Source of the DNA: Bacillota bacterium
GTDB lineage: Bacteria; Bacillota; Clostridia; Christensenellales; UBA1431
Length of the DNA stretch: 64,000 bases
NCBI GenBank assembly: GCA_049324235.1
Contig: JBMOLJ010000056.1
Span: forward strand, 9,229-73,228
Direction: 5' to 3'
Position 1 is the stretch's first letter; each line of letters starts with the position of its first letter. The notes beneath the pieces are model-generated. The model ran no database searches. It was not told the DNA's origin and saw only the letters and a list, made by a program, of their open reading frames with translations. Below, one piece after another: positions 29,969-39,657 of the stretch. Position numbers and translations under genes: made by a program.

Positions 29969-31627
29969 ATGAAGATTAAAGAAACAGGCAAAAAACTACT
30001 TGGACGTTTGAAGAACAAAAAATCCGGTAAGTTTCTGATCATCGGCGTCCTTGCCGTTGCGCTGGTCACTGTCGGCGTCATTACTTTTGCGGGAAGCAAC
30101 ACCGCGGCCAACGCAAGCGTAACGTATCAGGTCGTGTCGCTCAAAACCGGGGATCTGCAAAAATATGTTTCCGGTTCTGGAACACTGGCAGCCGGAACGG
30201 AAACATCCGTGCTCGCCCCTGTTGCGCTCAGCATCACTTCTATCGTTGCAGAATCGGGCGAAAGCGTACAAGCCGGCGATGTCATCGCAAACATTGACAT
30301 TGCTACGCTGGATTCCGAAATATCCGCTTTGCGCTCCGAAATCAAGTCGCTGGATAATACGATTAAAAATCTGAGCGCGGATAACGATTCGACCGATATC
30401 ATTACATCTTCCATGCCGGGCCGCGTCAAACAGATTTACGCCAAGGCGGGAGACGAAGTGAATACGGTGCTGACCGAAAACGGAGCGCTGCTCGTGCTAT
30501 CCACCGACGGCAAGCTTAAGTTCAGCTTTACGCTGAAAGAGGCAACAACGCTGGAGATTGGAGACACACTCGACGTAACCATTCCGAATGTCGATACCTA
30601 TGAAGGCACCGTCCAGGGCGTTTCCAGCGACAGGAAGACCGTGACCGTTACGATTACCGATAACGGCCCGAAAGTCGGGGCAAAAGCCACCGCCGCGCTG
30701 GATGGCACAACGCTGGGCGCCGGGACGCTCGCAATCAACCACCCCATCACGGTCACGGCTTCGGGCGGTACGGTCAGCAAGCTTTATGTTGACGAAAACG
30801 ACAAGGTATACAGCGGCACCTCCCTGCTCAAAGTGAAAAACCTCCCTGATTCGGAGGACTATGCGAGCACGGTGGCGCAACGCACAGCAAAAGCTAATGC
30901 GCTCGTATACGCGCAGCAAATCCAGGCGGCGGGCGCATTGGTGGCGCCCCGGGACGGCATCATTTCCTCTTCCTCGCTCAAGACGAACGGCTCCGTCAAT
31001 AAAGGCGCTTCGATGTTCACCCTGAGTTCCAGCAAGACGATGGATCTTACGGTATCTATAGACGAACTCGATATATCGAGCATATCCGTGGGCCAGACAG
31101 CCACCGTTTCCGTAGACGCGGTTTCTGATAAAACGTACAACGCAACCGTGAAAAGCATCTCACAGGTGGGTACGGCATCCAACGGCGTGACCAACTATGA
31201 TGTAAAGCTCTCCCTGCCCGATGCGGATGACGCTTTGCGCATCGGCATGAACGCGACGGCTACGATCGTGACCGAGGAAAGCAAGAACGTGCTGATGGTG
31301 CCGCTATCCGCCCTGCAGAGCAATGGCAGCGAACAATATGTCTGGGTCTACACCGGTTCGCTCCCCAGCGATACTTCACAGGACCCAGGGCAGAAGGTAA
31401 CCGTGACGACCGGCCTGTCCAACGATTCCTATGCGGAAGTGAAGAGCGGCCTGACCTCCGATGACCAGGTGGTCGTCGTCACCGTCAAGTCAACAAGCTC
31501 CGATTCCACCAGCGGTAATATGAATCTAGGCGGACTGTCGGGCATGACCGGCCCGCAGGGCGGCGGTATGCAACGTAATGACGGCGGCGCTCCACCGGAC
31601 AAGAGCTCCAACGGCTCCTCAAACTGA
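29969..31627 (+). CDS. Efflux periplasmic adaptor (HlyD/MacA-like membrane fusion protein), 552 aa
   Basis: N-terminal TM anchor, coiled-coil (EISALRSEIKSLDNTIKNL), beta-barrel/lipoyl-like segments, and a low-complexity G/S/N/P tail. Confidence 0.8.
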   Translation: MKIKETGKKLLGRLKNKKSGKFLIIGVLAVALVTVGVITFAGSNTAANASVTYQVVSLKTGDLQKYVSGSGTLAAGTETSVLAPVALSITSIVAESGESVQAGDVIANIDIATLDSEISALRSEIKSLDNTIKNLSADNDSTDIITSSMPGRVKQIYAKAGDEVNTVLTENGALLVLSTDGKLKFSFTLKEATTLEIGDTLDVTIPNVDTYEGTVQGVSSDRKTVTVTITDNGPKVGAKATAALDGTTLGAGTLAINHPITVTASGGTVSKLYVDENDKVYSGTSLLKVKNLPDSEDYASTVAQRTAKANALVYAQQIQAAGALVAPRDGIISSSSLKTNGSVNKGASMFTLSSSKTMDLTVSIDELDISSISVGQTATVSVDAVSDKTYNATVKSISQVGTASNGVTNYDVKLSLPDADDALRIGMNATATIVTEESKNVLMVPLSALQSNGSEQYVWVYTGSLPSDTSQDPGQKVTVTTGLSNDSYAEVKSGLTSDDQVVVVTVKSTSSDSTSGNMNLGGLSGMTGPQGGGMQRNDGGAPPDKSSNGSSN

Positions 31628-31660
31628 AACCGTCAAAATAACCGCAAGGAGACATGATCC

Positions 31661-32347
31661 ATGATTATGATGCAAGATATTGGCAAGAAATACCACATGG
31701 GAGATCAGGACGTATATGCCCTTGACGAAGTATCCTTCCGCGTGGAGCCGAACGAGTTCGTTGCCATCGTCGGCCCCTCGGGAAGCGGAAAATCAACGCT
31801 GATGAACATCATGGGCTGCCTGGATGCGCCTGACAGCGGCGTATATGCATTGGACGGCCAGCCTGTCGATCAATACAGCGATGACGAGTTGGCGCTGATC
31901 CGCAGCAAAAAAATCGGGTTCATCTTTCAGAGCTTTAATCTATTGAGCAAGCTCAATGCACTCGAAAATGTCGAGCTCCCCCTGATATACCAGAATGTCA
32001 AACCGTCCGAGCGCAGGGAGCGCGCGCTGCAGGCCCTGGAGTGCGTCGGGCTGTCCAACCGGATAAACCATAAACCGACAGAGCTGTCCGGCGGTCAGCA
32101 GCAGCGCGTGGCAATCGCGCGGGCACTGGCGAGCAAGCCTTCGCTCATACTGGCCGACGAGCCGACAGGAAACCTGGACAGCAAAACAGGAAAAGAGCTG
32201 CTCGCCATCTTCCGGCAGCTGCACGAAGGCGGCAACACCATCGTGCTCATCACGCATGATGATTCGATCGCGCATCAGGCGAAACGCCGGATATACATAG
32301 AGGACGGAAAAATCGTAAGAGACACAAAGGAGGTGCATTCATGCTAG
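31661..32347 (+). CDS. ABC transporter ATP-binding protein (MacB/LolD type)
   Basis: Walker [10 protein letters not shown], signature [15 protein letters not shown], Walker [13 protein letters not shown]. Confidence 0.95.
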   Translation: MIMMQDIGKKYHMGDQDVYALDEVSFRVEPNEFVAIVGPSGSGKSTLMNIMGCLDAPDSGVYALDGQPVDQYSDDELALIRSKKIGFIFQSFNLLSKLNALENVELPLIYQNVKPSERRERALQALECVGLSNRINHKPTELSGGQQQRVAIARALASKPSLILADEPTGNLDSKTGKELLAIFRQLHEGGNTIVLITHDDSIAHQAKRRIYIEDGKIVRDTKEVHSC

Positions 32348-33552
32348 CGCAATCCCTGCGCATGGCCGTCAAATCCATTGCCGGCAATAAAATGCGCTCG
32401 TTTCTGACCATACTGGGCATCATCATCGGCGTGATTGCGGTTGTGGTGCTGGTGGCAATCGGCCAGGGCGCCAACTCCTCGGTGTCGTCCAGCATCGAAA
32501 GCCTGGGAACCAATTTGTTGACCGTAAACATCATGGGTGCCCGCGACAGCTCGGTCACCATGGATGAACTGTACCAACTGGCGGCGGACAACGATTCGAT
32601 TTCCGCTATCGCGCCCGCCATCACGCAAAGCGCAACCACCAAAGCGGGCGACAACGAATACACCGACGGCTCGATTATTGGCACGATACCTGGATACGAC
32701 ACCATCCGCAACCTGACCGTGGCAAGCGGCCGTTTCCTCAAGCAGCCCGATATCGACAACCGCAGCTATGTCGCCGTAATCGGCACGGATGTGGCCGACG
32801 AGCTGTTCGATTCCCGCAACGTCATAGGCAACACCTTCCGCATGGACGGCTATGATTTCACCGTAATAGGGTTATTGGAAGAAGAAGGCTCGAGCACAAG
32901 CGGATCGAACGACAACAAGATTATCATACCCTTCACGCTTGCCGAAAGGATCTTCTTCACCCCCGGCATCAGCACGTTTTATGCATCCGCATCCTCATCG
33001 GCTGATGTATCCATGGCCGAAGCCGTGCTGACGAACTACATGGACCAGAAGTTCGCCGCCGTCACAACCAGCAATACCTTTTCGGGCAGCGATACTTCAA
33101 ATGATAATTATAAAATCTACAATCAAACCGATATGCTCGACACCCTCGATTCGGCAATGAGCACCCTGACGCTGATGCTGGGCGGCATTGCGGCCATATC
33201 GCTGCTGGTGGGCGGCATCGGGATCATGAACATCATGCTCGTATCGGTAAGCGAACGGACGCGCGAAATCGGCATCCGCAAAGCAATCGGCGCAAAACGA
33301 AGGAACATACTCACGCAGTTTTTAATCGAGGCGCTGGTTGTGTGCCTGCTGGGCGGGGTATTGGGGCTTATCATATCGTTTGGCATCATGGAGATCCTGT
33401 CTCCCCTGCTCGATATGACCCTTACGCTCTCTGCTGGCATCGCAGAACTCGCCATAGGCTTTTCACTGGTCATCGGCCTGATATTCGGCCTCTATCCGGC
33501 AAACAAAGCATCAAAGCTCCACCCCATCGAAGCGCTGCGGTACGACGGATAA
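32341..33552 (+). CDS. ABC transporter permease (FtsX/MacB family)
   Basis: MacB_PCD-like periplasmic domain plus C-terminal FtsX helices ([18 protein letters not shown]). Overlaps the ATPase stop by 7 nt. Confidence 0.9.
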   Translation: MLAQSLRMAVKSIAGNKMRSFLTILGIIIGVIAVVVLVAIGQGANSSVSSSIESLGTNLLTVNIMGARDSSVTMDELYQLAADNDSISAIAPAITQSATTKAGDNEYTDGSIIGTIPGYDTIRNLTVASGRFLKQPDIDNRSYVAVIGTDVADELFDSRNVIGNTFRMDGYDFTVIGLLEEEGSSTSGSNDNKIIIPFTLAERIFFTPGISTFYASASSSADVSMAEAVLTNYMDQKFAAVTTSNTFSGSDTSNDNYKIYNQTDMLDTLDSAMSTLTLMLGGIAAISLLVGGIGIMNIMLVSVSERTREIGIRKAIGAKRRNILTQFLIEALVVCLLGGVLGLIISFGIMEILSPLLDMTLTLSAGIAELAIGFSLVIGLIFGLYPANKASKLHPIEALRYDG

Positions 33553-33564
33553 ATATTATTTCAG

Positions 33565-33600
33565 GTTGGGGGAGGCTTATCCCCCAACCGCCTATTTTGT
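33565..33600 (+). terminator. Terminator after the permease gene
   Basis: GGTTGGGGGA-GGCTTA-TCCCCCAACC followed by GCCTATTTTGT. Confidence 0.7.
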
Positions 33601-33684
33601 CATTCTGAAGAGGCGATGCGACTGAAGAATCTAAAGATTATGACGGAAAAGGTTTTTCAACAGCCTACCCACACAGGCAATGGC

Positions 33685-33715
33685 CCTGATGGCAAACACG
33701 GGGGTTTGTCATCGG
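33685..33715. repeat. Degenerate copy of the REP-like palindrome family (see findings)
   Basis: CCTGATGGCAAAC-acggg-GGTTTGTCATCGG. Confidence 0.5.
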
Positions 33716-33833
33716 TCACAAACTCTGCTACACTTTACATCATTAGCAAGGGAAAAGGGCTTGTGTGGTAACGAATCCAACCTGCTTTTAGAGACGGTAC
33801 ACTTTAAATACACATAACAGGGAGGGAAAAACG

Positions 33834-34508
33834 TTGGCACATATCCTGATAGCCGACGATGAAGCGCGTATCAGATCGGTCATAAGAGAATACGCCGAGT
33901 TTGAAGGGCATGAAGTGACCGAGGCCTGTGACGGCATGGAGGCCGTGGAGCTTTGCGAAAAAAACAATTTCGATCTGATGATACTGGATATCATGATGCC
34001 CAGGCTGGACGGGTTCTCCGCGTGCAAAGCCATACGCAGGAACAAGGACATCCCCGTCCTGATGCTCTCGGCGCGCGGAGAAGAGTTCGACAAGCTCTTC
34101 GGTTTCGAACTCGGGATCGACGATTATGTCGTGAAGCCGTTCAGTCCGAAGGAACTGATGGCCCGTGTGAAGGTCATCCTCCAGCGCAACACCGCCACGC
34201 CTTCCTACTCCGCGCTCGAAAAGCGCGTGTTCGAAGGGCTGGAAATCGATTTCAAAGGCAAAAAAGTCGTTGTGGACGGCGAAGCCGTCGCGCTGACGCC
34301 CAAGGAATACGACCTGCTCTTTTTCATGGCGCAGCACCGCAACACCGCCTTTACCCGTGAAAACCTGCTTTCGAGCGTGTGGGGCTATACCTTCTTCGGC
34401 GATGACAGGACGGTGGATACGCATATCAAGATGCTGCGGGCAAAGCTGGGGCCTTACCGGAAATTTATCATTACGCTGCGGGGGACGGGGTATAAATTTG
34501 AAGCTTAA
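33834..34508 (+). CDS. OmpR-family response regulator
   Basis: ILIADDE...DLMILDIMMP...VKPF receiver plus a winged-helix C-terminus (TLRGTGYKFE). TTG start with GGGAGGG RBS. Confidence 0.93.
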   Translation: MAHILIADDEARIRSVIREYAEFEGHEVTEACDGMEAVELCEKNNFDLMILDIMMPRLDGFSACKAIRRNKDIPVLMLSARGEEFDKLFGFELGIDDYVVKPFSPKELMARVKVILQRNTATPSYSALEKRVFEGLEIDFKGKKVVVDGEAVALTPKEYDLLFFMAQHRNTAFTRENLLSSVWGYTFFGDDRTVDTHIKMLRAKLGPYRKFIITLRGTGYKFEA

Positions 34509-35994
34509 CACACACAGCATCAAGTTTAAATTATGGATATATTTCATGCTCTTCTCTTTTATCATACTGAGCCTGTTATGGCTGCTTCAAACCGTGTTCA
34601 TCAACACCTACTACAAAAAAATGAAGGAGCAGAACATTTCCTCTGCCGCAAACAGCATTTCTTCCCTGTACTCGGAAGTTTCGGGAATAGCGCTTAAAAC
34701 GAAGCTTGACCAGATAGCGAACGAGAAGGACGTATTCATCGCGATCATGGACACCTCCGGCAACGCTGTCTATTACGTGGACCCGGTGGGCAGGGACTTC
34801 ATTTCATCCGTTCAGAACCTATCGGATAAATACAACCCGAACCACGGACAGGAGCCTCAGGACAGGCTCAAGGGCATCAGCAAAGCAATCATAGACAATG
34901 TGCTGCGTCAGCCCGGCGCCGTATTCCTGCAAAATTTTGAGGACATGCAGCAAAGGCCCATGCTGTTGTATGGGCAGGTGATCTACTCGCCGCAGAGCGA
35001 GCCTGCGGCGCTTATCATCAGCTCGCAGCTCATGCCGCTCAGGGAGACCGTGCAGATACTGAGCAACCAGCTTATCATCATCACCCTGATCATACTTGCG
35101 CTGGCGCTCGGTATCTCCCTGATCATCGCCTCCAGGATCTCCCGGCCCATCCAGAGGATAACCAAAACATCCGCGCAGCTTGCCGCGGGAAATTATAATG
35201 TTGTGTTCGAGCAGGACGGCTACGACGAGATCAATCAGCTCGCGGGCACGTTGAATTATGCGTCCCAGGGCCTGCAAAAGGTAGATACGCTGCGCCGCGA
35301 GCTGATAGCCAACGTTTCGCACGACCTGCGCACGCCGCTCACCATGATCAAGGCCTACGCAGAAATGATCCGCGATATTTCAGGCGGAAGCGAAGCCAAA
35401 CGCAACGCGCACCTTGGCATCATTATAGAGGAGTGCGACCGGCTGGCAAGCCTGGTGCAAAACCTGCTTGACCTCTCGAAAATGCAGGCGGGCGCAGCGG
35501 AGCTTCACCCCGCCGCCTTCGATATCGTGCAGAAAATCCGGGATGTCCTCACAAGATACGCCATACACAGCCAGCGGGACGGATACCGCTTCGTCTTTGA
35601 AGCCGCTGTGCCTGCAATGGTCTATGCCGACGAGGAACGCATCGAACAGGTGCTCTATAACCTTTTGAACAATGCCGTGGCGCACACGGGAGAGGACAGG
35701 CGCGTCACCGTTTCGGTGCAGGAGACCGGCGCACGGGTGCGCGTCAGCATCACCGACACCGGCGCGGGCATCCCCAAGGACCACATCGAGCACATCTGGG
35801 ACCGCTACTATAAAGGCGGCGACGGCAATACCGCCGCTGACCTGAGCCACGGGCTGGGGCTTGCTATCGTAAAGGCGGCCATGCTGATGCACGGAACAGC
35901 CTTCGGCGCTAAAAACGAATACGATAAAGGCGCGACCTTCTGGTTTGAGCTGCAAAAGGACACGGGGCTGTTACCCGAAGGCAACGCTGAATAA
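34498..35994 (+). CDS. Sensor histidine kinase (2 TM, HAMP, HisKA, HATPase_c)
   Basis: H-box ELIANVSHDLRTPLT, N-box LYNLLNNAVAHT, G boxes DTGAGIP and GLGLAIVK. Start assigned to TTG 34498 (giving MKLNTHSIKFKLW...), overlapping the RR stop by 11 nt. The first in-frame ATG (34546) would truncate TM1. Confidence 0.88.
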   Translation: MKLNTHSIKFKLWIYFMLFSFIILSLLWLLQTVFINTYYKKMKEQNISSAANSISSLYSEVSGIALKTKLDQIANEKDVFIAIMDTSGNAVYYVDPVGRDFISSVQNLSDKYNPNHGQEPQDRLKGISKAIIDNVLRQPGAVFLQNFEDMQQRPMLLYGQVIYSPQSEPAALIISSQLMPLRETVQILSNQLIIITLIILALALGISLIIASRISRPIQRITKTSAQLAAGNYNVVFEQDGYDEINQLAGTLNYASQGLQKVDTLRRELIANVSHDLRTPLTMIKAYAEMIRDISGGSEAKRNAHLGIIIEECDRLASLVQNLLDLSKMQAGAAELHPAAFDIVQKIRDVLTRYAIHSQRDGYRFVFEAAVPAMVYADEERIEQVLYNLLNNAVAHTGEDRRVTVSVQETGARVRVSITDTGAGIPKDHIEHIWDRYYKGGDGNTAADLSHGLGLAIVKAAMLMHGTAFGAKNEYDKGATFWFELQKDTGLLPEGNAE

Positions 35995-36045
35995 TAATTG
36001 TCATTAAGAGCACAGCGAAGAATCCTGAACGGTCAATGGACATGA

Positions 36046-36078
36046 ATAAGCTCCCCATTGCTGAGGAGCTTATTTTTG
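36046..36078. terminator. Bidirectional terminator between the HK gene and the DUF218 gene
   Basis: ATAAGCTCC-CCATTGCTGA-GGAGCTTAT followed by TTTTG. Confidence 0.8.
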
Positions 36079-36088
36079 TATGCAAATT

Positions 36089-36763
36089 TCACTTCGTCTC
36101 AAACGGCAGCTGCGCAACTGTCTGCGCGGGGCCGGCGCCTGCCTGCACCTCAATAAACGCCTTCGTTGCCGCAAAAAATTCTCGGATATCTTCGAGGATA
36201 CTCCAGGCATATTCCTGTATGTCCGACCTTACCAGCGTGCAGGATACGCCCGCTGCGCGCGCCAGATACAGCGTACGCGCGGCGAACTGGTCCTGCGTGC
36301 AAATGAGCGCCTTCTTATCGCCAAAGTATTCCCTGGCGCGGAACATGGTATCAAGGGTGTCGAGGCCGGCGTTATCTACGATAATGGCATCCGACGGTAC
36401 ACCCTTTTCAATAGCATAGTCGCGCATGAGATCCGCCTCAAAAGCGTTGCTGCTTTGCGAAAATCCCCCCGACAGCAGCATCTTTTGGGCCCTGCCCGCC
36501 TTATACAGCATGATTGCGCTGTCCATCCGGTCCTGCAGGTGTTGGGAAAACACCCCGCTGTTGATTGCACAACCGGGCACGATGATATAATCGGCCTGCG
36601 GGATATTCTCCATTTTCTGTATCGGGTAGATACCCCCGGCGCGCGCCTGATCCACGTGCAGCCTGCAAAACAGGGCGAACCCGCCCGCCATGAGGACGAG
36701 CGCCGCCATAATGACTGCAATATGCCTGGGTATGTTCATTCTCTTTTTTCTCGTTCGTGCCAT
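36089..36763 (-). CDS. DUF218 (SanA/YdcF-like) membrane-anchored protein
   Basis: N-terminal TM, then ADYIIVPGCAI...AIMLYKAGRAQKMLLSGG...EADLMRDYAIEKGV. Confidence 0.8.
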   Translation of the reverse strand: MARTRKKRMNIPRHIAVIMAALVLMAGGFALFCRLHVDQARAGGIYPIQKMENIPQADYIIVPGCAINSGVFSQHLQDRMDSAIMLYKAGRAQKMLLSGGFSQSSNAFEADLMRDYAIEKGVPSDAIIVDNAGLDTLDTMFRAREYFGDKKALICTQDQFAARTLYLARAAGVSCTLVRSDIQEYAWSILEDIREFFAATKAFIEVQAGAGPAQTVAQLPFETK

Positions 36764-36981
36764 ATATAGATTATAACTTGTCCTGCCCTATGATTCCAGC
36801 GAAACATGTCGAATCCCGGCGGCCGCCATAAGCATATATATCACAAAGTATGTGTCCCAGACATTTTTCTTTCTCCGGCGTAATATAGATGCCCAATGTG
36901 AGATAAAAAAACATGGTTCCCTGACACCGTTTTTCAGAATGAAGCCTCTCAAGGCGCAATTATCCGGGAGGGGTTGGATCA

Positions 36982-37947
36982 ATGGACGTATTGACCACCT
37001 GTTTGCTTTTTGCTTTGGGTTTATTGCTCATCATCAAGGGCGGGAACTGGTTCATCGACGCCGCCTCATGGGTCGCGAAAATCACAGGCATGCCGGATAT
37101 CCTGATAGGGGCCACAATCGTGAGCCTTGGAACAACGTTCCCCGAACTCATGGTATCCGCCACGTCGGCCATTCAGGGTCACGGCGACATGGCATTGGGA
37201 AACGCGATAGGCTCGACCATATGCAACATCGGATTGATTCTGGGAATATGCAATGTAATTTCACCGACAAAAATCAATTCACGGATCTTCAATATAAAAG
37301 CCTTCATCATGGTTTTTTATATATTCGCCTTATTGCTCATGTCCCTTGACGGAAAAATCGGAAGCATGGACACCGTACTATTGATCCTGGGCGTTATTGT
37401 CTATGTTCTCGTCAATTATTTGGAAGTGAGAATCAAGAAGAATTCGCCGGACAATTTAAAGCCCGCCCGAATTCCCGCTGCTATATCAAGAAGGGCAACG
37501 GCAAAGGAAAAAGGCGGAAATATTCTTAAATTCTTTGCAGGCGCATTTTCTATTGTGGCAGGCGCGAGGCTGCTTGTTGATAACGGAATCGTCCTTGCAG
37601 CCATTCTCAAGGTTCCGGACGTCATCATCAGCCTGACCTTTATCGCGCTGGGCACATCGCTTCCTGAATTGGTCACGTCGGTAACGGCACTTGTTAAAGG
37701 CCACCGGAACTTATCCGTAGGCAATATTATCGGCGCAAACATAATAAACATTTCGATGGTTATCGGCGCGTCATCCATCTTCCGGCCGCTTGATATGCCG
37801 CCCCAGATCAGGAATTGGGATCTGCCCTTTTCAATACTCATGATCATAGCATTGACCCTTCCTTCTTTTGTCACACGGAGGATAAGCCGTATACAGGCGG
37901 CGGTTCTGCTGGCTTTATACGGAATATACATTTTCATATCGTTTTGA
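36982..37947 (+). CDS. Ca2+/Na+ (cation) antiporter, CaCA/YrbG family
   Basis: Two alpha-repeats (GATIVSLGTTFPEL and ALGTSLPELVTSV). 321 aa. Confidence 0.9.
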   Translation: MDVLTTCLLFALGLLLIIKGGNWFIDAASWVAKITGMPDILIGATIVSLGTTFPELMVSATSAIQGHGDMALGNAIGSTICNIGLILGICNVISPTKINSRIFNIKAFIMVFYIFALLLMSLDGKIGSMDTVLLILGVIVYVLVNYLEVRIKKNSPDNLKPARIPAAISRRATAKEKGGNILKFFAGAFSIVAGARLLVDNGIVLAAILKVPDVIISLTFIALGTSLPELVTSVTALVKGHRNLSVGNIIGANIINISMVIGASSIFRPLDMPPQIRNWDLPFSILMIIALTLPSFVTRRISRIQAAVLLALYGIYIFISF

Positions 37948-38055
37948 AGCAATGTGTTATCTGGAGGCTCGATGCAAGGGGCCTTTGCCGGGATGCTCAC
38001 TTCCGCTCTGCCTTCCGCATACAATGGGGTGATTATTCGGGAGGTGGATTGCGCT

Positions 38056-38658
38056 ATGGTCATTGCGGCACTGGTCTTCAGCATGTCTCTGGATAACGTT
38101 GTAATCGGTATGGCTTACGGGTTAAAGAGAATAAGGATCACCCTGCTTCAGAACCTGATCATTGCAGTTATCACATCGCTGGGCACGCTGATTTCGATGC
38201 TGATAGGGAAAACGATAGCGCAATTGCTTCCCTTGGAGGCAATGAACTACATAGGGCCGGGAATCTTAATACTGCTGGGATTGTATTTCGGAGTATTAAG
38301 CGTCGTACAAAAGCATGTTCCGCCGGATGATCAAAACGTGAGTGCAAAAAACATAGACACGATGACGCAGTACGCGGAAAAATCGGATAGGGACCAATCG
38401 GGCAGCATCGACTCCCGTGAGGCCGCGCTTGTGGCGTTAGGACTGACGCTCAACAACATCGGAGCAGGTATTGCCGCGAGCATCATGTCGCTGAGCATTG
38501 TGTTAACGGTTGTTTCCACCTTTGCAATGAGCGTTGTATTCCTGCAAATTGGCTTATATCTGGGAAATGGAATATTCAGCAGGATGCTGGGCAAATATGC
38601 CCCTATGATTTCCGCATCGATCATCATCGCCTTAGGCATATACGAAATGCTTGCGTGA
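38056..38658 (+). CDS. ytaF: Sporulation membrane protein YtaF-like (MntP/DUF204 fold) with an EF-hand-like loop
   Basis: MVIAALVFSMSLDNVVIGMAYG... and ALGLTLNNIGAGIAAS repeats. Central loop DRDQSGSIDSRE. The upstream part of the ORF-track ORF (GTG 37954) lacks an RBS. Confidence 0.7.
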   Translation: MVIAALVFSMSLDNVVIGMAYGLKRIRITLLQNLIIAVITSLGTLISMLIGKTIAQLLPLEAMNYIGPGILILLGLYFGVLSVVQKHVPPDDQNVSAKNIDTMTQYAEKSDRDQSGSIDSREAALVALGLTLNNIGAGIAASIMSLSIVLTVVSTFAMSVVFLQIGLYLGNGIFSRMLGKYAPMISASIIIALGIYEMLA

Positions 38659-38693
38659 ATGGCGCGAAAAGCGGCATTTCACCGCACACAAAA

Positions 38694-38728
38694 GCCGCCG
38701 GCAAATCCCCTTTGTATTTGCCGGCGGC
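38694..38728 (-). terminator. Terminator after the VOC gene (the hairpin also follows ytaF)
   Basis: GCCGCCGGCAAAT-...-ATTTGCCGGCGGC. The T-run (TTTTGTGTG) is on the minus strand only. Confidence 0.75.
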
Positions 38729-38772
38729 CTACGCAGGAGGGATGCACTCCTCCTGCACCCTGCTTTCATCTT

Positions 38773-39258
38773 TTATTTGGGCGGATAAACCGCAACCGGT
38801 TCGGGCCATTCCCATCCCTTGGGAAAATCGTGCGTCTCGACGATTACGCCGAGCTCCTCCTGGGTCGGGTAGTATGTATAGGTGAATCCGTCCCAGGTGC
38901 CTGCCTGCAGAACCTTATAGCCTTTACTCCTCATCTTTTGATCGATCTCTTTGTGGTCGCTTATAAATGCGCAGTGATGCAGTCCCTCTCCGTGCTCTCT
39001 GAGGAATTCTGCATAGATGCTTATATCGTCTTTCGGTTCAATAATCTCCCATTGCACATTTCCAATGCTGCAAAATGCCAGCCGCATCGCATAATCTACC
39101 CGTTCCCCGCGTATGATCATGTTCTCAATGGTATCCGGGTTAAATTCGTAAAAAACCCATGGCCCGATTCCGTATTCGTCAGCATATTTTTTTACCATCG
39201 CATCACAGTCTTTAACAACAATAGCAACCTGCGCAACATTTTTCAACATAGGTTCCAT
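38773..39258 (-). CDS. VOC-family (glyoxalase/bleomycin-resistance fold) protein
   Basis: VAQVAIVVKD...WEIIEP...GEGLHHCAF. ATG at 39258 with TAGGAGG RBS. Confidence 0.75.
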   Translation of the reverse strand: MEPMLKNVAQVAIVVKDCDAMVKKYADEYGIGPWVFYEFNPDTIENMIIRGERVDYAMRLAFCSIGNVQWEIIEPKDDISIYAEFLREHGEGLHHCAFISDHKEIDQKMRSKGYKVLQAGTWDGFTYTYYPTQEELGVIVETHDFPKGWEWPEPVAVYPPK

Positions 39259-39657
39259 GTCTTTTCCTCCTAAAAAATATTGTTTGGAGTATTCAGCCTT
39301 CCTGTTTAGCGACTTCCCGTATAAACTTCCTTCCTCATGTTCTCCGTGCCGACACTGTACCCCTTTTCCCATAAACCACACCCGAGTTTATTTTGTACAA
39401 AAAATTATACAAAATTATATATAAATTGCTGAAATGTGTCAAATGGTTTTTCTTGCAATAGATTAAAAATTTTAGGAATTGAAAAACGGGGGTCGAAACT
39501 CGAAAAGCCCGCTTACTTTTAATCATAGAAATGTACTCCATGCTGATGTCATTTGGTCGTTTAAGCTATAATCCGCCACCTTACATCCTTTTATTCCATC
39601 ATTCGCTTTTGGAGGCTTTTTATATTATAATGAATCAAAAAAAAGGGGATAAACCGC

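Noticed and set aside
33640-33770. Roughly 43-codon ORF in the gap between the ABC permease and the response regulator.
   Set aside because: It has no SD sequence, and it overlaps the REP-like palindrome and a promoter-like TTGTCA-17-TACACT element. It is more likely non-coding.
36770-36981. 210-nt leader upstream of the CaCA antiporter, considered as a possible riboswitch.
   Set aside because: I could not recognise any conserved riboswitch core or a terminator/antiterminator pair. This is not supportable without a covariance-model scan.
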